From NCBI GenBank assembly GCA_963977015.1, contig CAXBMO010000013.1, positions 1 through 64,000 of the forward strand: a stretch of DNA of 64,000 nt, given 5' to 3'. Positions 28,097 through 37,600 of this stretch are shown here, piece by piece; position 1 is the first letter of the stretch, and each line of letters starts with the position of its first letter. Source of the DNA: an uncultured bacterium (GTDB lineage Bacteria; Verrucomicrobiota; Verrucomicrobiia; Verrucomicrobiales; DEV007). Position numbers and translations under genes: made by a program. The notes under the pieces are model-generated. The model was not told the origin of the DNA. It did not search any database and saw nothing but the letters and a program-made list of their open reading frames with translations.

Positions 28097-28145
28097 GTTG
28101 TCGAGAAGTCCTCACTTGATCCTTCGGTCCGGGCCACAAGCCCAC

Positions 28146-28180
28146 AAAAAAGCATGGCACACCTTTCGGCGTGCCATGCT
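28146..28180 (-). terminator. Intrinsic terminator of pnp
   Basis: Perfect 10-bp stem AGCATGGCAC/GTGCCATGCT with an A-run on the left (U-tract on the minus strand). Confidence 0.88.
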
Positions 28181-28209
28181 GAGTAACTTTTCGAAAAGCG
28201 ATGTGAAGA

Positions 28210-30471
28210 TCAATCTCTTCGATCATCGCGACGACCTCTTCCGCCGCCACCGCCACCACGGCGATCTCTTCCGCCACCGCCACGGCGGTCTCCGCCTCTT
28301 CCGCCGCGATCGCCACCACCGCCAGTCGGGACGTCGGTGTATTTCGCTTCGGTTTCGACTTCTTCACCGCGCTCTTTCATTCCGGCCTTGCGGCTCATTT
28401 TGACGCGGCCGCGCTCATCGATTCCGATGCACTTCGCCCAGACCATATCGCCTTTCTTGACGATTTGCTCGACGTGCTCGACTCGGAAATCAGCGAGTTC
28501 AGAGATGTGGATCATTCCATCTTTTCCGGGGAGCACTTCCATGAAGGCGCCGAAGTTTGTGGTGGATACAATCGGTCCGAAGTAAAGGGCATCGAGTTCG
28601 ATTTCTTTCGACACGCGTTCGACCATCTCTTTGGCGCGTTGAAGGCTTTCGGCCTTGCTTGCGTAGATGTGAACGGTGCCGTCGTCCTCGATATTGATGT
28701 CGGCTCCAGACTCGGCTTGAATACCTTTGATGTTCTTTCCGCCAGGTCCAATCAACTCGCCAATCTTGTCGGGATCGATCTTAACGGTCTCGATTCGAGG
28801 CGCGTATTCGCTCATGGTTCCAGGCTGAGCAATGGCCTCGTTCATCACGTTGAGAACGTCCATGCGTCCCTTCTTGGCGATATCGATCGCGTCGCAGAGA
28901 ATGTCGAGTGGAATACCGGCCAACTTGAGGTCCAGCTGATATCCGGTAACACCTTCCGACGTTCCACAGAGTTTGAAGTCCATGTCGCCGAAGAAATCCT
29001 CGTTGCCGATGATGTCGAGAAGATGAACATGGCGCTGGATGCTTCCGTCCTCGGCAGCCTCAGTCACCAGACCGACTGAAATTCCCGCGACCGGGCGCTT
29101 CAAGGGGACGCCTGCGTCAAGCAGAGCCATTGAACCGGAGCAGACACTTGCCATGGAGGTCGAACCGTTGGATTCCATGATCTCGGATACGATCCGGATG
29201 GCGTAGGGAAATTCCTCTTCTGAAGGAATCACCGGCTCGATGGAGCGCTCAGCAAGAGCTCCGTGACCGATTTCACGTCGATTCAATCCACCGACCCGGC
29301 CGGTCTCTCCAACACTGAACGGAGGGAAGTTGTAGTGAAGCAAGAATCGCTTCGTGTCTTCACCGCCGGTGTAGTTGTCGAAGAACTGAGCTTCGTCAGC
29401 TGGTGCAAGTGTTGCAATGGCAAGCGCTTGGGTTTCTCCGCGGGAGAACAGGGCCGAACCATGAACTCGTGGGAGCCAGGATGCTTCCGCCGAAAGTTGG
29501 CGAAGGTCTTCAGGGCGTCGCCCGTCCATCCGTGCACCACTTTCAAGAATCGTGGTCCGAACCGCCTTCTTCTGCATGTAATCAAAAGCCTGCCCAATTT
29601 CGAAGTCTGTGGCGTTCTCGTATTTTTCCGTGATCGCCTTGGAGATTTCTTCGCGAAGACCATCAATCGCTTTGCCGCGCTCGGTCTTGAGCTTGATCTT
29701 CAGGGCATCTTCAATTCGGCTGCCTGCAACCTCGTAAGCAACGTCGAGCAACTCCTGCTGCACGACTTTCAACTCGGGCTGGCGTTTCACCGGGTTCACT
29801 TTCGCGGCCAACTCTTCCTGAGCTTCGACCAGCTTGGCGACGTTCTCCTGTGCAAAGCGAAGCGCCGCCTTGAAATCGTCATCTGGAACTTCATCACCGG
29901 CGCCTTCAATCATGATGACGTCGGTTTTGTTTCCGACGTAGAGAAGATCCAAATCGGAGTCTTCACGTTCGGTGTGTGTGGGGTTCACCACAAATTCACC
30001 GTTCACGCGACCCACGCGGACTGCGCCGACAGGACCTGCGAATGGAATGTCAGACACGGCCAATGCGGCTGATGCGCCGTTCATCGAAAGCACGTCCGCA
30101 TCATTTTCGCCGTCGGCACTAAGCAGGACCGCGATGATTTGAGTGTCGTAGAGGTATCCTTTTGGGAAGAGCGGGCGAAGAGGGCGATCTGTCATTCGAC
30201 AGGTCAGAATCTCCTTCTCCGTTGGGCGTCCTTCTCGCTTGAAGAAACCGCCGGGGAACTTTCCTGCGGCCGCTGCTTTCTCCTTGTATTCTACCGAAAG
30301 AGGAAACCAGTCTTGTCCCTCCTTGATTTTGGTTTGCGAAACTGCGGTTACAACAACAATTGTTTCGCCCATCTGGACGGTGACGGAACCGTCCGCCAAT
30401 TTTGCGATCTTCCCGGTTTCGAAGATCATTTCTTGGGAGCCGACTTGGCTCGATACTCTTTCAACACTCAT
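28210..30471 (-). CDS. pnp: Polyribonucleotide nucleotidyltransferase (PNPase)
   Basis: FPLSVEY, REGRP, RREIGHG, ESNGSTSMAS, GDMDFK, KH and S1 domains, Gly/Arg-rich tail. Confidence 0.98.
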   Translation of the reverse strand: MSVERVSSQVGSQEMIFETGKIAKLADGSVTVQMGETIVVVTAVSQTKIKEGQDWFPLSVEYKEKAAAAGKFPGGFFKREGRPTEKEILTCRMTDRPLRPLFPKGYLYDTQIIAVLLSADGENDADVLSMNGASAALAVSDIPFAGPVGAVRVGRVNGEFVVNPTHTEREDSDLDLLYVGNKTDVIMIEGAGDEVPDDDFKAALRFAQENVAKLVEAQEELAAKVNPVKRQPELKVVQQELLDVAYEVAGSRIEDALKIKLKTERGKAIDGLREEISKAITEKYENATDFEIGQAFDYMQKKAVRTTILESGARMDGRRPEDLRQLSAEASWLPRVHGSALFSRGETQALAIATLAPADEAQFFDNYTGGEDTKRFLLHYNFPPFSVGETGRVGGLNRREIGHGALAERSIEPVIPSEEEFPYAIRIVSEIMESNGSTSMASVCSGSMALLDAGVPLKRPVAGISVGLVTEAAEDGSIQRHVHLLDIIGNEDFFGDMDFKLCGTSEGVTGYQLDLKLAGIPLDILCDAIDIAKKGRMDVLNVMNEAIAQPGTMSEYAPRIETVKIDPDKIGELIGPGGKNIKGIQAESGADINIEDDGTVHIYASKAESLQRAKEMVERVSKEIELDALYFGPIVSTTNFGAFMEVLPGKDGMIHISELADFRVEHVEQIVKKGDMVWAKCIGIDERGRVKMSRKAGMKERGEEVETEAKYTDVPTGGGGDRGGRGGDRRGGGGRDRRGGGGGGRGRRDDRRD

Positions 30472-30560
30472 ATTTTGAGATTTTTGGATGTCAGTCGATC
30501 GATGGTTTGATGCGTACGGGGCCCTCGATCGGGTAGACTAACCGGACGCGAAAATATTGC

Positions 30561-30603
30561 AGGGAAAAATCCCTCAAGGACCAATCGCCCTTGGGTTTTC
30601 CCT
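30561..30603 (-). promoter_or_regulatory. Long imperfect hairpin in the rpsO-pnp spacer (candidate processing site)
   Basis: AGGGAAAA/TTTTCCCT outer stem plus CAAGG/CCTTG inner stem. Confidence 0.45.
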
Positions 30604-30655
30604 TGAAAAGCTGAGCCTCCCTAAATGCGAAGGGCCTCGCTAAACTGCGAAGCCG

Positions 30656-30913
30656 CTATCGACGAAGGTTGAGGCCTTTGAGGAGCTTTTGATAACGCTC
30701 TGGCTCGCGTTCAGCGAGATAATCGAGCAATTTTCGGCGCCGTGCTACCATTTGCAGCAAACCTCTCCGGGAGGAGAAATCCTTTTTGTTGCTGTTCATG
30801 TGCTGCGTCAGGTGCTGGATCCGCTGTGTCAATTTCACAATCTGCACATCAGCGCTGCCGGTGTCACCTTCGTGGAGTCTGAATTCTCCTGTTTCTTGAA
30901 CTACGTCACTCAT
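30656..30913 (-). CDS. rpsO: 30S ribosomal protein S15
   Basis: DTGSADVQ, KDFSSRRGLLQMVARRRKLLDYL. Start taken at ATG 30913. Confidence 0.97.
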   Translation of the reverse strand: MSDVVQETGEFRLHEGDTGSADVQIVKLTQRIQHLTQHMNSNKKDFSSRRGLLQMVARRRKLLDYLAEREPERYQKLLKGLNLRR

Positions 30914-30980
30914 TTTGTGGACTTGGGTCATACTGCCTCTCCCTGAGGCTCATATTTTTCTTCTTTCGATTGAAGCTCGC

Positions 30981-31009
30981 CACCTAGCCATGAATCTGGC
31001 GAAATGCAA
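30981..31009 (-). promoter_or_regulatory. Possible sigma70 promoter of rpsO
   Basis: Minus strand TTGCAT, 17 nt, TAGGTG. The -10 match is weak. Confidence 0.3.
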
Positions 31010-31049
31010 CGCGAAAATGTGGGGGAATGGCTGCTTTGAGCTAAAAGTG

Positions 31050-31078
31050 AAAAAGCCCGTTTGGCGAATACCAAACGG
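31050..31078 (-). terminator. Intrinsic terminator after the DUF4332 gene
   Basis: CCGTTTGG/CCAAACGG stem with an A-run close to its left side. Confidence 0.7.
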
Positions 31079-31111
31079 ACCCTTTCAATAAATAAACGGA
31101 TAGGGGGAAGG

Positions 31112-31516
31112 CTAGGAAGAGAGTTTCAGCTCTTTGGCTTGCTCAACCCAATTCTCGACTCTGGAGAGAGCCGGAGTTTGGTTTACCAGTGGCTTTTTAC
31201 GGCCTGAATTCGTCTCGATGAGCTTGTCGAAAACGCTTTGAGGTCTTCTGCGTGCCAATTCCTTCACGGAATCGATACCGGCCGCTTCAAGCAATTCTGC
31301 GTATTGGCCTGCAACTCCGCTGATTCTGCACAAATCGGCGTGATTGGTCCATTTCAAGAGTTTGCCTTCATCAAGTCCTGATGCTGTGGCGACTTTTTTG
31401 CGACCGCGCTTGTCTTTGCAGGCTTCGAGCAGTTGAGCGACAGTCGTGATTCCGGCCTTTTCCAGCTTTTTAGCTGAAGTTGCCGCGATTCCTTCGATAG
31501 ATGTTACGTTAGCCAT
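31112..31516 (-). CDS. DUF4332 helix-hairpin-helix protein
   Basis: IEGIA, LEKAGI, ADLCRISGV..QYAELLEAAGIDSVKELARR, WVEQAK. Confidence 0.9.
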   Translation of the reverse strand: MANVTSIEGIAATSAKKLEKAGITTVAQLLEACKDKRGRKKVATASGLDEGKLLKWTNHADLCRISGVAGQYAELLEAAGIDSVKELARRRPQSVFDKLIETNSGRKKPLVNQTPALSRVENWVEQAKELKLSS

Positions 31517-31591
31517 GGTGGTAACTTGGGTAGTGTTGTAACGAGTGGTTAGGGTGCGAGTTCTCCAAATTTATGGAAACTCATAAAGCGG

Positions 31592-31619
31592 ATCCTAACA
31601 AGAACACTATTGTTGTCCA
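31592..31619 (-). promoter_or_regulatory. Probable promoter of the DUF4332 gene
   Basis: Minus strand TGGACA, 16 nt, TAGGAT with an extended -10 TG, in an AT-rich spacer. Confidence 0.45.
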
Positions 31620-31669
31620 GAACTATTTTGAGATTCCATATTATTTGAAACTCACGAAAAACGTCGAAC

Positions 31670-33865
31670 CTACAAAGTCTCGTAAAATTGACGTAGCCGC
31701 CGGACGTCAATTCCGGGGGGCTCGGATTGGATAAGCCTCCGGAAATCCGTTTTACCACCTTCGATATCTCCTTCCTGGATTCGGAGGATGGCTCGATCCA
31801 GTCGAGCTGGGACATCTTCTGGATCGATTTTCAGCATGACCGAAATATATGGCATTGCCTTGATGGGCTCGCCTTCCTGTTTGCGGAGTTCGATGAGGTT
31901 TCGGAGCATCCTGGCGATGATGGCTCGTTTACTGACAGGCTCCAACATCGCCTCCTCGAGTCTCCGGCCGGAGCGCGCCACAACCCGCATCGTCGCGGTC
32001 GCGTTGAGTGCGCCGCCACCTTCGAAAATGTCGAGAAGTTGCTGCTCATTCGTTTCCACGTCTTCGTAACCCACCACAAAATGACCGGGAAGACCGACAC
32101 CGTGGACGGAAGCCGCTCCGGCGCGATGGGCCAGTTCGATGAAGATGACAGAAAGGGTGATTGGAATTCCCTCGCGATCATCGATCACCTCATTCAGGAA
32201 GCTGTTCGAGGCGTTGGCGTAGTCCAGCCGGCTGCCATGAAAGCCATTTTGCTGAAACATGAAGTCGCGAACGGCATGGACGATTTCACCTTCGGTCGCT
32301 TCCGGTTCCAGAGTTTCGCGAATCTCAAGGGCCATGTCACCAATCAGTTCGCGGTAGGATGTAATATCCAACTCGCCGTTTTCGAGCTTGGCAATCAGCA
32401 AGGCGCAGTGAACGAGGTCGATTTCGTTCTCTTCACCCTTCAGCGCCTCCGCGAGTTCGGCTCCAATCATCGCGGAATTGGTGTCGCGGACGAGCCGTTT
32501 CAACTCCGAAACCCGGAGTTCGAGGTTCGCCTGCAATTCACTGAGCGAGGCGCGGCCTTCGAGCGGTCGTTTCGTCAGTGAGCTAATGACGTTCTCGCGA
32601 GAAGCTTCTTTCCCCGTCAAAAACTCCTCCACCAGAGTGGTGAACTCCGACTGAATTTTCGAATCGGGCAGTTCGCTCGAAAGCTCTTCTCCCAGGCGAA
32701 AGTTCCGAAATTCGGCTTCAGTTCCGCGGAATTTGCAGAGTCCCACCTTGCCGCCTCGCAGCACCAGGTCTTCGGAGACCGCGACTTCGGTTTCATTGAC
32801 GAAGCAGCGAATTCCATCGGGCGAAACGTTCACGCGGATTCGGTTCCAGTCGCCATCGACATAGTCGGGCACCTCCAATTGTTCGAGAATTTCCCAACTC
32901 AGCACGTCAGCCCCTTCGAAGCGGGTCAAGCGCAGGTTTCCACCGCTGGGATAAAACCCATAATGAATGTCGCCACCATCCGAGGCGAAAGCGAGCCCGG
33001 CCGCGCCTCTCTCGTCATCGAGTTTCACATCCACTTCCAATTCGTAGGAGTCTCCCGGTAATTCCTCCTGAGACAGGCATAGCGAACGCCCGCCAAAACC
33101 GTTGCCAATTCCCTTCACCTGGATTCGGCCGGCGCGTTGCGACCAGTTGGCCCCCATCACCGTTTCCCAACGTCTTGGATCAAGGGCTCCAATGGTTGCC
33201 CATCGCTCCATCGGCATTGAATTGGGTTTGTTGAGCAATATCTGCAATCCGTTGATCGGAACGGCAAATCCCAGGTTCCTCGTCACCATCGATTTCAAGG
33301 TGATGATCCCCTGGACCTTCCCTTCACGGTCGATCAGTGGTCCGCCGCTGTTTCCCGCTTCCACCGGCATCGCAATTTGAATCAGGGGAAACGGAGCGTC
33401 GCCGATTTCTTCGCGGAGACCGGAAACAACGCCTTCTACCACGCTGAACTTCAGGCCCTGGGGATTGCCCAACGCGACGACCGGTTGGCCCTGGACCAGG
33501 GCATCGGAATCTCCCAAGTCGAGTGCGGGCAACGCTTCGTCGGTTTCGATGCGAATGAGGGCGAGATCCATTTTGCGATCCCAGGCATAAACCTCTGTCA
33601 CCTCATGCTGACTGCCGTCCCGCAACTCGACCTGAATGCGACGGCGATCGTTGATGACATGCCAGTTGGTGGCGATCAAGCCGTCATCTTCGATGATGAA
33701 CCCGGTTCCTGTTGCGCCTCTTTCCCCCCGTCGGCCGTCCTGGTAAATGACGACCACGGATTCGAGCGCTGAATTCGTGAGGTCTTCGACCGATAAGAGA
33801 GTGGTTTCCGCCTGGAGATGGATGATTCCGGCAAGAAAACAGGCGATTCGAGCGATAATCGGCAT
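31670..33865 (-). CDS. Secreted fusion of trypsin-like (HtrA-type) serine protease, DUF1080-like domain, SirB1/transglutaminase-like domain and TPR
   Basis: Triad ATNWHV / DLALI / GNSGGPL. WNRIRV..GGKVGL..AEFRN beta-sandwich. NSFLNEVIDDREGIPITLS..GLPGHF. Confidence 0.88.
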   Translation of the reverse strand: MPIIARIACFLAGIIHLQAETTLLSVEDLTNSALESVVVIYQDGRRGERGATGTGFIIEDDGLIATNWHVINDRRRIQVELRDGSQHEVTEVYAWDRKMDLALIRIETDEALPALDLGDSDALVQGQPVVALGNPQGLKFSVVEGVVSGLREEIGDAPFPLIQIAMPVEAGNSGGPLIDREGKVQGIITLKSMVTRNLGFAVPINGLQILLNKPNSMPMERWATIGALDPRRWETVMGANWSQRAGRIQVKGIGNGFGGRSLCLSQEELPGDSYELEVDVKLDDERGAAGLAFASDGGDIHYGFYPSGGNLRLTRFEGADVLSWEILEQLEVPDYVDGDWNRIRVNVSPDGIRCFVNETEVAVSEDLVLRGGKVGLCKFRGTEAEFRNFRLGEELSSELPDSKIQSEFTTLVEEFLTGKEASRENVISSLTKRPLEGRASLSELQANLELRVSELKRLVRDTNSAMIGAELAEALKGEENEIDLVHCALLIAKLENGELDITSYRELIGDMALEIRETLEPEATEGEIVHAVRDFMFQQNGFHGSRLDYANASNSFLNEVIDDREGIPITLSVIFIELAHRAGAASVHGVGLPGHFVVGYEDVETNEQQLLDIFEGGGALNATATMRVVARSGRRLEEAMLEPVSKRAIIARMLRNLIELRKQEGEPIKAMPYISVMLKIDPEDVPARLDRAILRIQEGDIEGGKTDFRRLIQSEPPGIDVRRLRQFYETL

Positions 33866-33969
33866 TTGGGCAGTGTATGAAGAGTTAATAAGATGGCGAT
33901 CAAAAAGCGGCCAAAGCAGAGCGGGAGGAATTGAACAGAAACGAGATCAAATTCGTATGAGGTGGTGGA

Positions 33970-34545
33970 ATGATCAAAAACAGCCTTCTCATTGATTGTG
34001 GCAGTTCAAAAGTGAACGACCTGATGACGATCGCGGATTCTCTGGGCGTGAAAATGGGGAAAGTTGGATTGGATGAGGCAAATCTCACTGACTTCACGGG
34101 AGTGGATGCGCTCATTATTTCAGGTGGACCTCATCTTTTTACCGGTTCGGAAGGCGAAGCGTTGCGATCGAAGTTTGATTTTCTTCCTGCAGTTTCCGTG
34201 CCGATTCTTGGAATTTGCCTGGGTCACCAGGCTCTTGCCTTGATGGCCGGAGGCTCTGTTTATCGGGGAGAGGAGGAGAGGAGCGCGGCAAAGATCGAGC
34301 TGTTGGATCGGGAGCATGGCTTATTTGCCGGAATTCCAGATTCGACCAGCTTCGGAGAAGATCACTGCGAAGGAGCTAACGCGCCTCCCGGTTTCACGGT
34401 GTTGGCGCGTTCGAAAAACTACGCGAACGAGGCGATGGCCAACAACCGGACTGGTCGCTATGGAGTCCAGTTTCACCCGGAAATTTCGGGAGAATCCGGT
34501 CGGCGATTGATCCGGAATTTTTTCGATCTGGTCGCAAAAAAGTAA
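33970..34545 (+). CDS. Stand-alone class I glutamine amidotransferase (GMP synthase subunit A-like)
   Basis: IDCGS, IISGGP, GICLGHQ, GVQFHPE. GAGGTGG RBS upstream. Confidence 0.9.
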   Translation: MIKNSLLIDCGSSKVNDLMTIADSLGVKMGKVGLDEANLTDFTGVDALIISGGPHLFTGSEGEALRSKFDFLPAVSVPILGICLGHQALALMAGGSVYRGEEERSAAKIELLDREHGLFAGIPDSTSFGEDHCEGANAPPGFTVLARSKNYANEAMANNRTGRYGVQFHPEISGESGRRLIRNFFDLVAKK

Positions 34546-34600
34546 TTTCTTCGAAGCTAAGCATCGACGAAGGCGAAAGAGAGCGATAAGCTGGTGGTTC

Positions 34601-37600
34601 ATGCCTCGCTACATCGTTTTTTTTGCGGTTTGGCTCGTTTTGGTCGCCAGGAGTTCTGCAGCTGATCGTGCTCTCACGCTCAGCTACGGAACCGATTTGG
34701 TTGAGGCCTGGATCCCGGGGCAGCACGTGTATGTGAAGGGCAATTTGGGAATCAGTTCGGGGCAACTGAACCAGTTGGAGGCCTGGATGGATGATCATGG
34801 TGAAAATTGGATCATCCTGCTCGCTCAAAATGCGTCAGGGGAGCAAATCCGCGATGCCGCCGGAAATCGATACATGGGGATCGAGGCGGTGGAAGTTGCC
34901 GCTAACGTGATCGTCAGAAATCAGACCGAGTTTGGTGAACTCACCGATTCCCGTTCGGGCGAAAAAAGTGGATCGGTTTTCATTCTCTTTCTCTCGGAAC
35001 GAAAGTTTTCCTACTCAGGAGGGGAAGTTCACGAAACAAGAGGCCTTGGCGCCAAAAACTGGTCGGGAGATCTCGATCGCCCGGCGTTTCGCGCCATGTC
35101 GGGCGGCGGACGGGTGATCGATGCGGTCAAAGGCACTGTTAAAGAAGTGACGCGTCGCTTGGATCAGCAGTTTCAGATCGAGCGTGAACGGCGGCAGCGT
35201 GAGATTGAAGCGGCAAAACGTCTTCATGCCGAGGCCGAGTCGCTGTTGGAGCAGGCAGGCAGTGAACTGGACGAGTTGGAAGAGGCCGTCAATGTGTTTG
35301 TCGACGCCAACGGAAATCCTCCTGGAGATTTGGCTCGACCACCACTCAGCGACTTTCGAAAGCAGTTGGAAGAAGCTGCGTTGGCTCTCAACGCAGAAAA
35401 AGTCGATGCCGGGTTGCGGCAAATTCGCCAGGTCAGGGATTTTGTTCGGGTTCATGCCGGTGCGCTCTTGGATTATCCTCAAGCTGGCGACCGGTTTGCC
35501 GGTTTAGCCGCTGAGTTGGCAGAGGTTGAGCCTGGAGATGAAAATTGGGGGCGCGAACGGCTAAAACTGGCCGAGAAAGAGTTGGAGCTTGCCGAAGACG
35601 CCCACAGCAAGGCGGATTCGACCTATGTAACGCATTTGAACAACGCGATTGAGGCTTTCGATTCGGCAAAGGTAGAGATTCGCCGTGCGGAAGAAGAGTT
35701 GCGCCGAAAGCAGCAGGAAGAAGCGCGCCTGGTTGCGGAGAGGGAGAAGAGAGAACGGCTGAGCAGAGTGTTCGCAGTTACCGTGGAGATTTTACTGGTT
35801 CTGGGGGCGATTGGTACCGCGTGGTGGCTCAGTCGACGTCGTCGCAGCACGAAGATGGCGGCGTTGAGCTTGTATGACAGTTGGGATCGGGGAGTGCGGG
35901 AGCAAACCGACGCACTCTTCGGGCTGCTCGACCGAAGCGCCACCGTTGTTGGCTCCGCCGCAAACCTGGCGGAACGAGGCTATTCCGGGGAGACGCTGAG
36001 ATTGAGCAAGCAAATCATCGAGGACGTGGATGAGCTTTTCATCATGTCAGCCTGCGTCCGGCGGGTCCTCAAGGATGTCGGGCAACTGATTCGGCCTACG
36101 AATCCGTTGCTACAGATCTTCAATCAATTCTTTGCCGATCGCTACGATCGCGGAAATCGGCGCCTGCGGGATGAACTGATTCGCTTTCATCCCGATGAGG
36201 GAATTGAACCGATCTTGAGGGACGAACGGGGTGAGCCCGAGCGGATTTTGGGACATTTGGAAGCTCATCAAGCCTTTGAATTGTCATTTCCAGCTTTGAT
36301 TGAAGCCTGCAATCAGCATGTAACGCGAGCGACGCAAAACCTGGGAATCGTCGAAAAGGCCTGGGCTTCGATCAGCGAAACGCAGGAAGCTCTGCAGACG
36401 GACTGTGATTCCCTGGCTGGGCTGGAACGGAAACTGGCCTCCGCCGCGAGTGAGGATGGCTTTTTCGCGGTTGAGAATCTGTTTGATCAGCTCATCCCCG
36501 AAATCCAGAACTTGCTGGATCGGACGGTGGATTTAGGGACAACTGATCCGGTGGGGGCGTTGAATGATCCGGCGAAGGATGCCCGCCGCCTGATTCGCAA
36601 CGGCATTTCGCTGGCGGAAGTTCTTCTCCGGGCCAGAAAGCAGCGTTTTGCGGCCATGAAGTCCAAGAGCGAGCAGCTGCGAAAAGACGGGGTGGAAACG
36701 GGATGGATCGGGCGTTTTCTCGCGGAATACTCGCTGGAAGCGGACGGAATCGCCGAGGCCGCAATCGAGCACGACGTTTCCAAGTCGATCAGCGATCTTG
36801 AAGCCAGGATCAACAAATTGGATCAGCGGATCTCAAAAGCGCTGAAGCTTTCCGAAAGCGTTGGAGAGATCGCCAAAGAGCACATCGAGACGGTGCAGAA
36901 AAGTGTCGATGAGGCGCGGAAAACGCTTTCCGAGAAGCTCCAGCTACCGGGGGAGGAGGTTTTGGTCGAATCGGGGCTTAATCCCGATGATCGGCTGATG
37001 GAGGCGGTCAAATTGCAAAATGCCGCTCAAATTGCCCTCAACCGTGGTGGCGTCGATGCCGCAGAGGCCGCCCTCGTGGCGGCTCACGAGGAAACTGAGG
37101 ACGCCATGGGACTGATTGCCGTGAGCAAAGCGGCATTCGAGAAGCATGAAGAGAGATCGCGGCAGGTTGCGAAAACCACCGGTTGGCTGGATGTCCAAAT
37201 CGAGAAACACACGGCGATTCTGCAAAAGCTACAGAAGCGCTATTTGCCGCCGGCGTTGCGCCAATTCCACGAGGAGCCGAGCACAACCGTCGAGGACAAC
37301 ATCTCGGAGGCAAGCAAGGCGCTCGATGAAGCCAGGTTGCTCACCATGGAGGCCGAAGAGGCGTTTAAGGCCGGTCGCCTGATTGAGTCGGCCTCATTTC
37401 GTGAGCAGGTTGCCAATTTGCATCAGTTCGTTCAAACCCTGTTGGGCGAAATCAAGGATCAGGCCGATCGCTTGAAGCGGCTCGAAAGCGAGAATCTGCA
37501 CGACTTTCACCGGCTGGAGGATCGAGCCGACGCGATGAGGATTCAGGCGAAAGATTCCCGGACGATGCGGGCGAGTATCGAACAGTTTGACGAAATTCTG

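Noticed and set aside
27827-28145. SRP RNA, RNase P RNA or tmRNA next to ffh
   Set aside because: No SRP CAGG..GNRA..AGCA loop, no GAGGAAAGTCC RNase P motif and no tRNA-like 3' end were found by eye.
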